Below, piece by piece: positions 25,456 through 33,037 of a stretch of 60,369 bases of DNA (positions within the stretch are counted from its first letter, which is position 1; each line of letters begins with the position of its first letter). The DNA comes from Eubacteriales Family XIII. Incertae Sedis bacterium (GTDB taxonomy: Bacteria; Bacillota; Clostridia; Peptostreptococcales; Anaerovoracaceae). Position numbers and translations under genes: made by a program. The stretch lies in contig JAISNR010000087.1 of NCBI GenBank assembly GCA_031276135.1, positions 1 through 60,369 of the forward strand. The letters are read 5' to 3'. The notes under the pieces were generated by a model, which was given only the letters and a program-made list of their open reading frames with translations, searched no databases and was not told where the DNA came from.

Positions 25456-27567
25456 ATGAAAACCACATATCGCCTTGCGTTGGCCGAGAAGCCCTCGGTC
25501 GCGCAGTCCATCGCCGCCGTTCTTGAGGCCACCGACCGCAAGGACGGCTTTTTTATCGGAAACGGCTGGATCGTTTCCTGGTGCTGCGGACATCTCGTCG
25601 AGCTTGCCGCGCCCGGCGCTTACGGAGAGGAGTACAAACGCTGGAACCGCGCCGCGCTCCCCATTCTGCCGGAGACGTGGAAATACGCCGCGTCCGAGGG
25701 CAAAAAGAAGCAGCTTGACATCCTGCGCTCCCTCATGAGCCGCGCCGACGTTACCGCCGTGGTCAACGCCTGTGACGCCGGGCGCGAGGGGGAGTTAATC
25801 TTTCGCTTGGTCTACAACTACTGCAAATGCAAGAAACCTGTGCAGCGGCTGTGGATTTCCAGCCTTGAGGACGTTGCTATTCGGGAGGGGTTCGCGGGGC
25901 TGCGCCCCGGCGCGGACTACGACAGCCTGTACCGCGCCGCGCTCTGCCGCGCCCGGGCCGACTGGCTCGTGGGGATCAACGCCACGCGGCTTTTCTCCTG
26001 CCTGTACGGTTCGACTTTGAATGTCGGCAGGGTGCAGTCACCGACGCTTGCGCTGCTGGTTCAGCGCGAGGCGGCGATTGCCGCGTTCACGTCGGAGCCG
26101 TTCTACACGCCGCACATTGATTGCGGCGTGTTCGCGGCGTCCGGTGAGCGCCTACCCGACCGGGAGGCCGCCGAGAGTGTCCTCGCCGCCTGTGACGGCC
26201 GGTCCGCTTCCGTCCTGTCGGTGGAAAAAGCGGAGAAAACGGCCGCCCCGCCGAAGCTGTTCGACCTGACCTCGCTCCAACGGGAGGCCAACCGTCTGCT
26301 CGGCTTTACGGCCCGGCAGACGCTGGACTACGCCCAATCGCTCTACGAAAAGAAACTGCTCACCTATCCCCGCACCGATTCCCGCTATCTGACCGAGGGC
26401 ATGGCGGCCGGGTTGGAGAAGCTCGTCAACCTCGCCGCCATGCGGCTGCCGTTCATCAAAGTTCCGCTGTCCGTCAACGCCGGCGCGGTCATCGACGGCA
26501 AGCGCGTCACCGACCATCACGCCATCATTCCCACGGCGAACGCCGGCAAGAGCGACCTCGCCGCGCTTCCCTCCGGGGAACGCGAAGTTCTGAACATGGT
26601 AATCGCGCGCTTGGTCTGCGCCACCGCGCCCGCGCACACCTTTGAAGCGGTCACGGCAATCATGGAGTGCGGCGGACACCGCTTCACGGCGAAGGGCCGG
26701 ACGGTTTTGGTGGACGGCTGGAAGGCTATTGACGCCGCGTTCCGCGCCGGTCTGAAAAACAAGCCCGACGCCGACGAGGACGGCGAGGAGGATTCCGCTC
26801 TGCCGGATTTAACTGAAGGCCGGGCGTTTCCGTCCGTCACGGCCTCCGTCCGCGAGGGTAAGACCAAGCCCCCGGCGCGGTTCACCGAGGGTACGCTCCT
26901 GCGGGCGATGGAAACGGCGGGAGCGGAGGATTTCCCGGGCGACGCCGAGCGCAAGGGTCTTGGTACGCCCGCCACTCGCGCCGGCGTCATAGAAAAGCTC
27001 ATCAAGGGCGGTTTCGCCGTTCGCCTGAAAAAACAGCTTGTTCCCACGGAAAAAGGGACGGGTCTCATCGCCATACTGCCGGAGGATATTAAGTCCCCGC
27101 TGCTGACCGCCGATTGGGAGCAGAAACTCAAGCTCGTCGAAAACAACGCGCTCTCGGACGCGGACTTTATGGCGGGCATCGCGGCGCTCACAAAGGGGCT
27201 TGTGGCCGCCAACACCGCGCCGCCGGCCGAGTACGCCTCACTGTTCGCCGCGCCGCCCAAAGGCTCTGTAATCGGCAAATGTCCCCGCTGCGGCGCAGAC
27301 GTGACCGAGGAGGCGAAGGGCTTTTTCTGTTCCGGCCGCGCCTGCAAATTCGCGCTGTGGAAGGACTCGCGCTTTTGGGCAGCGAAGGGCAAAAAATTAG
27401 ACAAAAAGACCGCCGCCGCGCTTCTCTCGGAGGGGCGTGTTTCTTTTTCTGATTTGAAAAGCGAAAAAACCGGCAAGACCTATGCCGCAACAGTGGTTCT
27501 CACTGACGCGGACGGCAAAACGGAGTTCAAACTTGAATTTGACAATAACGGGAGGAAAATCGCGTGA
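25456..27567 (+). CDS. topB: DNA topoisomerase III (type IA)
   Basis: ATG at 25456 after GGAGGA. Toprim LALAEKPSVAQSIAAVL and ACDAGREGELIF. Active-site Tyr context LLTYPRTDSRYL. C-terminal zinc ribbon GKCPRCGADV...FFCSGRACKFALWK. Confidence 0.9.
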   Translation: MKTTYRLALAEKPSVAQSIAAVLEATDRKDGFFIGNGWIVSWCCGHLVELAAPGAYGEEYKRWNRAALPILPETWKYAASEGKKKQLDILRSLMSRADVTAVVNACDAGREGELIFRLVYNYCKCKKPVQRLWISSLEDVAIREGFAGLRPGADYDSLYRAALCRARADWLVGINATRLFSCLYGSTLNVGRVQSPTLALLVQREAAIAAFTSEPFYTPHIDCGVFAASGERLPDREAAESVLAACDGRSASVLSVEKAEKTAAPPKLFDLTSLQREANRLLGFTARQTLDYAQSLYEKKLLTYPRTDSRYLTEGMAAGLEKLVNLAAMRLPFIKVPLSVNAGAVIDGKRVTDHHAIIPTANAGKSDLAALPSGEREVLNMVIARLVCATAPAHTFEAVTAIMECGGHRFTAKGRTVLVDGWKAIDAAFRAGLKNKPDADEDGEEDSALPDLTEGRAFPSVTASVREGKTKPPARFTEGTLLRAMETAGAEDFPGDAERKGLGTPATRAGVIEKLIKGGFAVRLKKQLVPTEKGTGLIAILPEDIKSPLLTADWEQKLKLVENNALSDADFMAGIAALTKGLVAANTAPPAEYASLFAAPPKGSVIGKCPRCGADVTEEAKGFFCSGRACKFALWKDSRFWAAKGKKLDKKTAAALLSEGRVSFSDLKSEKTGKTYAATVVLTDADGKTEFKLEFDNNGRKIA

Positions 27568-29207
27568 ACAAATTTCCGTCAAAAGAAACAGTCGAAAGGC
27601 TTCGGAACCGGTATCCCGCGGGGACTCGCGTGGAGCTTGTGTCGATGAACGACCCCTATACCACGCTTCGTCCCGGCGACAGGGGCGCCATTGAATTTTT
27701 CGACGATACGGGCACCGCGTTCGTAAAGTGGGACAACGGCTCCGGGCTGGGATTGGTTTACGGCGAGGACAGTTTCAGGCGCGTCGAGAAGGAAATCAAG
27801 TACGAAACCGGCGCGGATTTTTGGCGAGATACCGCCGTAAGCCACGGCTTGGACGAGGCGCGCGTCATCTGCGGAAACTATCTCGCAACGCAGTTAAAAT
27901 TGAAACAACCCGACGATGAGCATAAGTTCTGTCGGGAGCTTTTCTCGGCGATATACGAGGCTTCGGCGGGGACGGCAGACCCCGTGAGGCTCGTCTATCC
28001 CCACTCCTTCGAGGACGCGAACAACCGGCTGGAAACCTCATATTTCCACGCAAGCCGCGAACGCAATGGCGAGTGCTCCCGCGATATCGACGCGGCAATC
28101 GACGGCTCCTGCTATGAGCGGTACCGCTACAATCTCGACCTCGCGGCGATGAAGGTATTGCACGAATACGGCTTTGAGCGTGTACAGGCGGTGCTGATGC
28201 ACAATATTTATACGCATGAGTACGACGGACGCTATTCGGACTCCAATAAGCAGTGGGCGCAGGGTTTTCATCTGCCGGAGGGAGCGTTCCAATCCGCTTA
28301 CATGAACGCGCATCCGATTCTCCTTGAGGATTTCACGAAACGCACCCGCGAACTGTACGAGGAACTCGGCGCGGAACGCTTCGCCTTGCCGGGTCGTGAG
28401 GAAAGCGGCGCGATTGTCCGCGGCTATGAAATCACGCGGTCGGTTTTCTTTGACGACCGGCGCGGCTTCGCCATCGGACATAACCCGGACGCGCCGTCGC
28501 CGTTTGTCTGCTGGCGGTTCACGACGGAAAACGGCAAGCGGGATTTCTATTGGGGAACCTACGCCGGCGACCTGAAAGGCGCGGCGGATAACTATACCGC
28601 CCGCGTTATCGTGCATTTAAGCGGCGGCGACGTGAAAGAAATCCCGAACCCGCCGGCCGCCGCCGAAATGACCGCCGAGCAGAACGGCAATATGATTGAC
28701 GGCGCGCGGAACAAAGAGCAGCCATCGGAGCCAACGACCGCCGAGCGGGAGTTCGCCGCGTGGATGGCTGTCACCGAGAACAGCCGCCATCGGTGGGTCG
28801 AGGACGACATCTACCGCCTGAACGGGCGCGGCGCGCTGTATTACACGGGCGGCGAGGACGGAACCTACATCCGAATCCAAAGCGACGGCGTTTTGGAGGC
28901 CGGAACGTATGAGGGGGCCGTCCCGCATATCGGGGAGGCCATGTTCCGTCCCGCGGTGGAACAGCGTTTCAACAACTTCTCCGACGCTATGACCGCAGCG
29001 ATGGAGGCGGGCGGCAGGAGGTTCTTGATAGATATGTTCAGCGCGGCGGAGCATTTGGCAACTGAGCAAGCGGCCCGGCGCGCCTACGAAAATCCGCGCG
29101 GCGAGAAACCGTCCGTTTTGAAGCGGCTAAGAGAGGCGCAGCGCGCTCCCAAGCCGCCGCGCAAGGGAAAAACGCCCGGTAAAAGCAGGGGCGATGTGGA
29201 GATATAG
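27564..29207 (+). CDS. Hypothetical ICE accessory protein (547 aa) with a DUF4314-like N-terminal beta domain and a conserved C-terminal tail
   Basis: GTG at 27564 overlaps the topB stop (GTGA), 8 nt after GGGAGG. The N-terminus reads ...YPAGTRVELVSMNDPYTTLRPGDRGAIEFFDDTGTAFVKWDNGSGLGLVYGEDSF. The protein ends ...KPSVLKRLREAQRAPKPPRKGKTPGKSRGDVEI. Confidence 0.6.
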   Translation: MNKFPSKETVERLRNRYPAGTRVELVSMNDPYTTLRPGDRGAIEFFDDTGTAFVKWDNGSGLGLVYGEDSFRRVEKEIKYETGADFWRDTAVSHGLDEARVICGNYLATQLKLKQPDDEHKFCRELFSAIYEASAGTADPVRLVYPHSFEDANNRLETSYFHASRERNGECSRDIDAAIDGSCYERYRYNLDLAAMKVLHEYGFERVQAVLMHNIYTHEYDGRYSDSNKQWAQGFHLPEGAFQSAYMNAHPILLEDFTKRTRELYEELGAERFALPGREESGAIVRGYEITRSVFFDDRRGFAIGHNPDAPSPFVCWRFTTENGKRDFYWGTYAGDLKGAADNYTARVIVHLSGGDVKEIPNPPAAAEMTAEQNGNMIDGARNKEQPSEPTTAEREFAAWMAVTENSRHRWVEDDIYRLNGRGALYYTGGEDGTYIRIQSDGVLEAGTYEGAVPHIGEAMFRPAVEQRFNNFSDAMTAAMEAGGRRFLIDMFSAAEHLATEQAARRAYENPRGEKPSVLKRLREAQRAPKPPRKGKTPGKSRGDVEI

Positions 29208-29231
29208 CCGTTTTGCGGCGGGAGGAAATAT

Positions 29232-29999
29232 ATGAGCGACAAGACAATCCGCTTTATTGACAGCGGTTACAACGAGCTTTTCAGCATTATGGACGGCGGG
29301 CGCATCCGCGTGACCTACCCGCCCGGCGACGGCAGAGAACCCGGCGTCCGTCAGTGCAAATATTTGGACGATACGCATTTTGAAGAAGCCGGGAACGGCA
29401 CGGTTTGGCACATATGTCAGTTCGCCGAACGCATGGAGGCGCTGGGCGCGCTGTACGAGCCGGAGTTCCGGGTCGCGGCGGAGCTCGCGCCGGGCGCGAT
29501 TGAGGACGCGAAGCTGTTCTACCGGAATCGTGAGGAGGGCAATACCTGTATCGGTCATCTGCGCGGCGACTTCGGTCGGAGTGGCGACAGCTTCTTTCAT
29601 TCGTGGGCTGACCATGACGGCGCCCGAAAGACGCCGGAATTCCGGGCGGAGTTCCAAGCTGTGATGTTTGAGCTGCGCCGGGGCGTTTTGAAAGACCACG
29701 CTGCGATGGCGGCGTACTGCCGCGCCCACCCGGAGGCAAAGCTGCCGGGCGACGCCAACCTTGAGCGCTACGGCTTTAAGCTGGAAACCGAGACGCGCCA
29801 ATACTTTGTACGCTGCACAACGCTGCGCGATGATTACTTCTACGTTTGGGCTTACGACAAGGCTCCGGCTGTGCGCGAACGGGAACGGCCCGCCGAAAAG
29901 CCATCCGTGCTGAAACAGCTGCGCGAGGCGCGGGAGGCTCCCAAGCCGCCGCGCAAAGCAAAAGACCAAAACAAAAACAAGGGGGACGCAGAGCTATGA
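29232..29999 (+). CDS. Hypothetical ICE accessory protein (255 aa) with a conserved C-terminal tail
   Basis: GGGAGGAAATAT, then ATG at 29232. It ends ...KPSVLKQLREAREAPKPPRKAKDQNKNKGDAEL, nearly identical to the tail of the preceding ORF. Confidence 0.55.
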   Translation: MSDKTIRFIDSGYNELFSIMDGGRIRVTYPPGDGREPGVRQCKYLDDTHFEEAGNGTVWHICQFAERMEALGALYEPEFRVAAELAPGAIEDAKLFYRNREEGNTCIGHLRGDFGRSGDSFFHSWADHDGARKTPEFRAEFQAVMFELRRGVLKDHAAMAAYCRAHPEAKLPGDANLERYGFKLETETRQYFVRCTTLRDDYFYVWAYDKAPAVRERERPAEKPSVLKQLREAREAPKPPRKAKDQNKNKGDAEL

Positions 30000-30032
30000 T
30001 GTCAACGGCCCTGTTTGAGAGCGAGGCGCAAT

Positions 30033-30383
30033 ATGCCTAAAAATAAACCCAACCGCAAGCGTGACGTTCACTTTCATTTCTGCGTGGACGAGGAAGAGGC
30101 TGCGTTGATCCGCCGGCGCATGGCCGAGATGGGCGTTACAAGCATGGGCGCGTATTTTCGCAAGATGGCTATCAACGGCTACCATGTCACGCTCGACCTC
30201 TCCGACGTGCGGGAGATGGTTCGCCTGCTGAAAAACGCCACCGACAACGTGAACCAAATCGCCAAGCGCGTCAATGAAACCCGAAGCATTTACGCCGCCG
30301 ACGTGGAGGACTTGCGGCGGCGCTACGGTGAGCTATGGGGCGCGGCCAACAAAATTCTGACCGGGCTGGCGGGAATCAAATAA
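30033..30383 (+). CDS. mobC: MobC-family relaxosome accessory protein (ribbon-helix-helix)
   Basis: MPKNKPNRKRDVHFHFCVDEEEAALIRRRMAEMGVTSMGAYFRKMAINGYHV..DLSDVREMVRLLKNATDNVNQIAKRVNETRSIYAADVEDL follows the MobC pattern (R......r....E...i...a...g.s.s.ylR...l.....; ..NlNQiAr..N). It lies upstream of the relaxase. Confidence 0.8.
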   Translation: MPKNKPNRKRDVHFHFCVDEEEAALIRRRMAEMGVTSMGAYFRKMAINGYHVTLDLSDVREMVRLLKNATDNVNQIAKRVNETRSIYAADVEDLRRRYGELWGAANKILTGLAGIK

Positions 30384-30509
30384 TCTCGCCGCCCGATTGA
30401 AAACAAACGGAAAACAGACGCAAAGAGCCTTTGTAAAGCACTCCGAACAGAGTTAAACCGGCACTGTAACAACAGCAAACGCTTGGTTCTGAAAGGATTT
30501 GTGGCATTT

Positions 30510-30800
30510 ATGAGGCTCATTTCGAAACCGGTCGCCGCGCCGGTCGCGCCGGCGCCGACTATCCTGACCGCCGTTTTCTCGTTCGTCCTGTCGGTGTCCG
30601 ATGTGTTTTTCGGTATCGCGTCAGGGCTGGTGTCTGTCGGCGCGGTGGTGCTGCTCATCACCGGCGAGACGGTCGGCGGCCTCGCGTGGATCGGTGTGGC
30701 GTTTCTCGTCAGTCCTTACGGTCTGCCGGGGCCGGCCCGCCGGCTCATCGGGAGGCTGGAGGGTCTCTCCGGTTCGCTGAAAGGGTTCATCTTCGGATGA
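30510..30800 (+). CDS. Small hydrophobic protein (96 aa; about 3 TM), function unknown
   Basis: ATG at 30510 (MRLISKPVAAPVAPAPTILTAVFSFVLSVSDVFFGIASGLVSVGAVVLLITGETVGGLAWIGVAFLV...). A GGGGC-CTCGC-GCCCC hairpin plus T-run follows at 30840..30865. Coding status is not certain. Confidence 0.4.
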   Translation: MRLISKPVAAPVAPAPTILTAVFSFVLSVSDVFFGIASGLVSVGAVVLLITGETVGGLAWIGVAFLVSPYGLPGPARRLIGRLEGLSGSLKGFIFG

Positions 30801-30913
30801 GGTAGTGTGTGAGCGGCGTGAGAGACGATGGGGCCTCGCGCCCCGCCTGCTTTTTCGCTCCTGCCGGTAAAAAAGCGGGAACAGCAAAAATTAATATAAT
30901 TCTGAAATTCATC

Positions 30914-30931
30914 GCGGAGCCACGGCTCCGC
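30914..30931 (+). promoter_or_regulatory. Perfect 7-bp-stem hairpin immediately upstream of the relaxase gene (oriT-type inverted repeat or terminator candidate)
   Basis: GCGGAGC-CACG-GCTCCGC followed by GCTTTTCATT, ending 17 nt before the relaxase start region. Confidence 0.3.
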
Positions 30932-30947
30932 GCTTTTCATTGAGGGG

Positions 30948-32381
30948 GTGAGCATTATAGCGACGACGGCCATTTTCCCAATCCACGCCGGCAACGGGCG
31001 GAGCGTGGCGCGGGCGCTCAAAGACGTGGCGGACTATATGGCAAACCCTTTCAAGACCGAGGACGGCGAACGCATTTCCTCGTTTGAGTGTTCTCCCGAA
31101 ACCCTTGAGGCTGAGTTTCTTCTGTCTAAAAGCCGTTACCGCTCTCTCACCGGGCGACGGCAGGACAGCGATGTAATTGCTTACCACGCCCGTCAAAGTT
31201 TTAAGCCGGGCGAGATTACGGCGGAGGAAGCCAACCGCCTGGGCTATGAGCTTGCCGCCCGCTTTACCAAAAACCGCCACGCCTTTGCCGTCTACACGCA
31301 CACGGATCGCGCGCACATTCACAATCATTTGGTTTGGAACAGCACAAGGCTGGACTGCAAAAAGAAATTCCGAAACTTTAAGGGTTCAACCTTCGCCCTG
31401 CGCCGGTGCAGCGATCTCATCTGCGCCGAGAACGGTCTGTCCGTCGTCAGAAACCCCAAGCCGAGTCCGGGCAGAGATTACGCTCGGCATATGTTCGGAG
31501 ACAACAAGCCGCCTTCCTACCGGGACAGACTCCGCGCCGCCATCGACGCCGCGCTGGACCGGAAGCCCGCGACCTTCGAGGACTTCCTCGCACTCCTGTC
31601 GGCTGAAAACATACAATCCGGACGGCGGGGCAAGCTGCTCCGGCTGTGGCTGCCCGGCCGGAAACAGCCCACCCGCATCGACGCGCTCAAAGGCGATTAC
31701 ACAGAGGAGGCTGTCCGTGAACGCATCGCCGGGCTGCGTATCGTTTCCGCTCCTGCCGGTAAGGTTTCGGGGAAACCCTACGCCGAACGTCCTACCCTGC
31801 TCATCGACATCGAGATAAAAATGCGCGAGGGCAAGGGCGAGGGATACGCGCGCTGGGCAAAAATTCACAACCTAAAGCAGATGGCAAAGACGCTCATCTA
31901 CTTGCAGGAGAATGGTTTAGACGACTATGCCGCCTTGAAAGAAAAAGCGGCGGCGGCCTCGGCGCGGTTCAACTCCCTGTCCGACAAAATCAAGGAGCTT
32001 GACGCGAAGCTGGACGCCAACGCGACCTTGCAGAAGCACATCGTCACCTACTCCAAGACCCGGCAGATCTATGTGGAATACCGCAAGGCGGGTTATTCCA
32101 AAGCGTTCCGAGCGGCGCATGAGGCCGACATTCTTCTGCATCAGACCGCCAAGAAAGCCTTTGACGAACTCGGTTACGGCAAGGGGAAGAAACTGCCCAC
32201 CGTCGCAATCCTGCGTGCGGAATACGCTCCGGCGCTGGAGGAAAAGAAAAAAGCCTACGCAGAATACCGCGGGGCGCGTGACGAGATGCGGGAGCTTTTA
32301 ACGGCGAAAACCAATGTTGACCGCCTGCTGAACATCACGGACGACCGACGCGAACGCGAAACGCAGCGCGAAGAACGCTGA
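30948..32381 (+). CDS. Relaxase / mobilisation nuclease (MobA/VirD2 family)
   Basis: N-terminal ...ATTAIFPIHAGNGRSVARALKDVADYMANPFKT. His-triad HTDRAHIHNHLVWNS. IAYHARQSFKPGEIT. C-terminal coiled-coil region. The start is uncertain: GTG 30948 abuts the GAGGGGG box, so ATT 30954 or ATA 30957 has better spacing. Confidence 0.9.
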   Translation: MSIIATTAIFPIHAGNGRSVARALKDVADYMANPFKTEDGERISSFECSPETLEAEFLLSKSRYRSLTGRRQDSDVIAYHARQSFKPGEITAEEANRLGYELAARFTKNRHAFAVYTHTDRAHIHNHLVWNSTRLDCKKKFRNFKGSTFALRRCSDLICAENGLSVVRNPKPSPGRDYARHMFGDNKPPSYRDRLRAAIDAALDRKPATFEDFLALLSAENIQSGRRGKLLRLWLPGRKQPTRIDALKGDYTEEAVRERIAGLRIVSAPAGKVSGKPYAERPTLLIDIEIKMREGKGEGYARWAKIHNLKQMAKTLIYLQENGLDDYAALKEKAAAASARFNSLSDKIKELDAKLDANATLQKHIVTYSKTRQIYVEYRKAGYSKAFRAAHEADILLHQTAKKAFDELGYGKGKKLPTVAILRAEYAPALEEKKKAYAEYRGARDEMRELLTAKTNVDRLLNITDDRRERETQREER

Positions 32382-32402
32382 CCCGCTTGCGGAACAAAAA
32401 TA

Positions 32403-32539
32403 GCGGCCCGCAAGGGCCGCGCAGCCGACGCCTTTAGGCGTCGATCACGGGGTCTGGGGCAGCGCCACAGCGAGCGTGGGCCGGTGTGTACCGGCCCGCC
32501 TTGCTCGCCACACTTAATTCACCTTCGAATTAAGTGTGG
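32403..32539. other. Cluster of four GC-rich hairpins at the end of the GC-rich (ICE) block
   Basis: The four hairpins are:
- GCGGCCC-GCAA-GGGCCGC (32403..32420)
- CGACGCC-TTTA-GGCGTCG (32426..32443)
- GGGCCGG-TGTGTA-CCGGCCC (32478..32497, with outer GCGAGC/GCTCGC arms)
- a perfect 13-bp inverted repeat CCACACTTAATTC-ACCTTC-GAATTAAGTGTGG (32508..32539)
Base composition switches from GC-rich to AT-rich here. Confidence 0.5.
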
Positions 32540-32684
32540 TTAACTCGAGTTTCGTTTTAATTCGAGTTACGCTCGAAAGCATTGAAACGACAGAGATCCG
32601 TGGTTAAAACTCGAATTAAAATGCGATGGAATCAGTGGGGCGGCAATTGTGTCTGCACTTCGTCGCCCCTGAAATTCGAATTAA
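32525..32684. repeat. Four dispersed copies of TCGAATTAA (one inverted), plus degenerate CTCGAGTT variants
   Basis: TCGAATTAA occurs at 32525..32533, 32611..32619 and 32676..32684. The reverse complement TTAATTCGA occurs at 32557..32565. The copies lie between the hairpin cluster and the 3' end of the integrase fragment. Confidence 0.5.
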
Positions 32685-32697
32685 AAAGTGAAAGGTA

Positions 32698-32874
32698 TCA
32701 GTCTTTCAATCCATACAATCGCTTTATCATGTTGTCATCACTTATGGTAAAGCGATCAGTATTGAGTTTTTCTGTCAGAGGACCGAAATTAAAGTTGGCT
32801 TTTTCTATTGCCAGCCGTTTCTGTTCTGTATCAGCTTTTGCGTAGATTCGTGTGGTTTCCGGTCTTCGCCGTAA
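32698..32874 (-). pseudogene. 3'-terminal fragment of a tyrosine recombinase/integrase gene
   Basis: The minus-strand translation is LRRRPETTRIYAKADTEQKRLAIEKANFNFGPLTEKLNTDRFTISDDNMIKRLYGLKD-stop. ETTRIYAKAD matches the C-terminal '..TT.iY.h.d' box that holds the catalytic Tyr. A TAA stop lies immediately upstream (32875..32877), and no Arg/His boxes are present upstream. The fragment is below the ORF-track size cutoff. Confidence 0.5.
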
Positions 32875-33037
32875 TTATACCATGTCGCCGGTTTTAATGT
32901 AAGGGCAAGGCTGAAAGCGTATACCGCCTAAAGGCGGTGGGCTTAGACCGCGCGGCAGGAGCTAAAAATGTTGAAATACAACCAAGACAATTTGACTTCA
33001 TACTTTGAAATTGTCGAATCGCAAATTAAAATGGTCA

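Noticed and set aside
24937-30040. Mini-ORFs in gene junctions, such as 24937..24972 (MNGMTKPGGAP) and 29996..30040 (MMSTALFESEAQYA).
   Set aside because: They are too short to assess and have no convincing RBS or conservation evidence from sequence alone. They may be translational-coupling artefacts.
32582-32845. An 87-aa plus-strand ORF in the AT-rich region after the relaxase.
   Set aside because: It uses an alternative start and has no RBS, and its translation has no recognisable motif. The opposite strand of the same DNA encodes the recognisable integrase C-terminal fragment (32698..32874).
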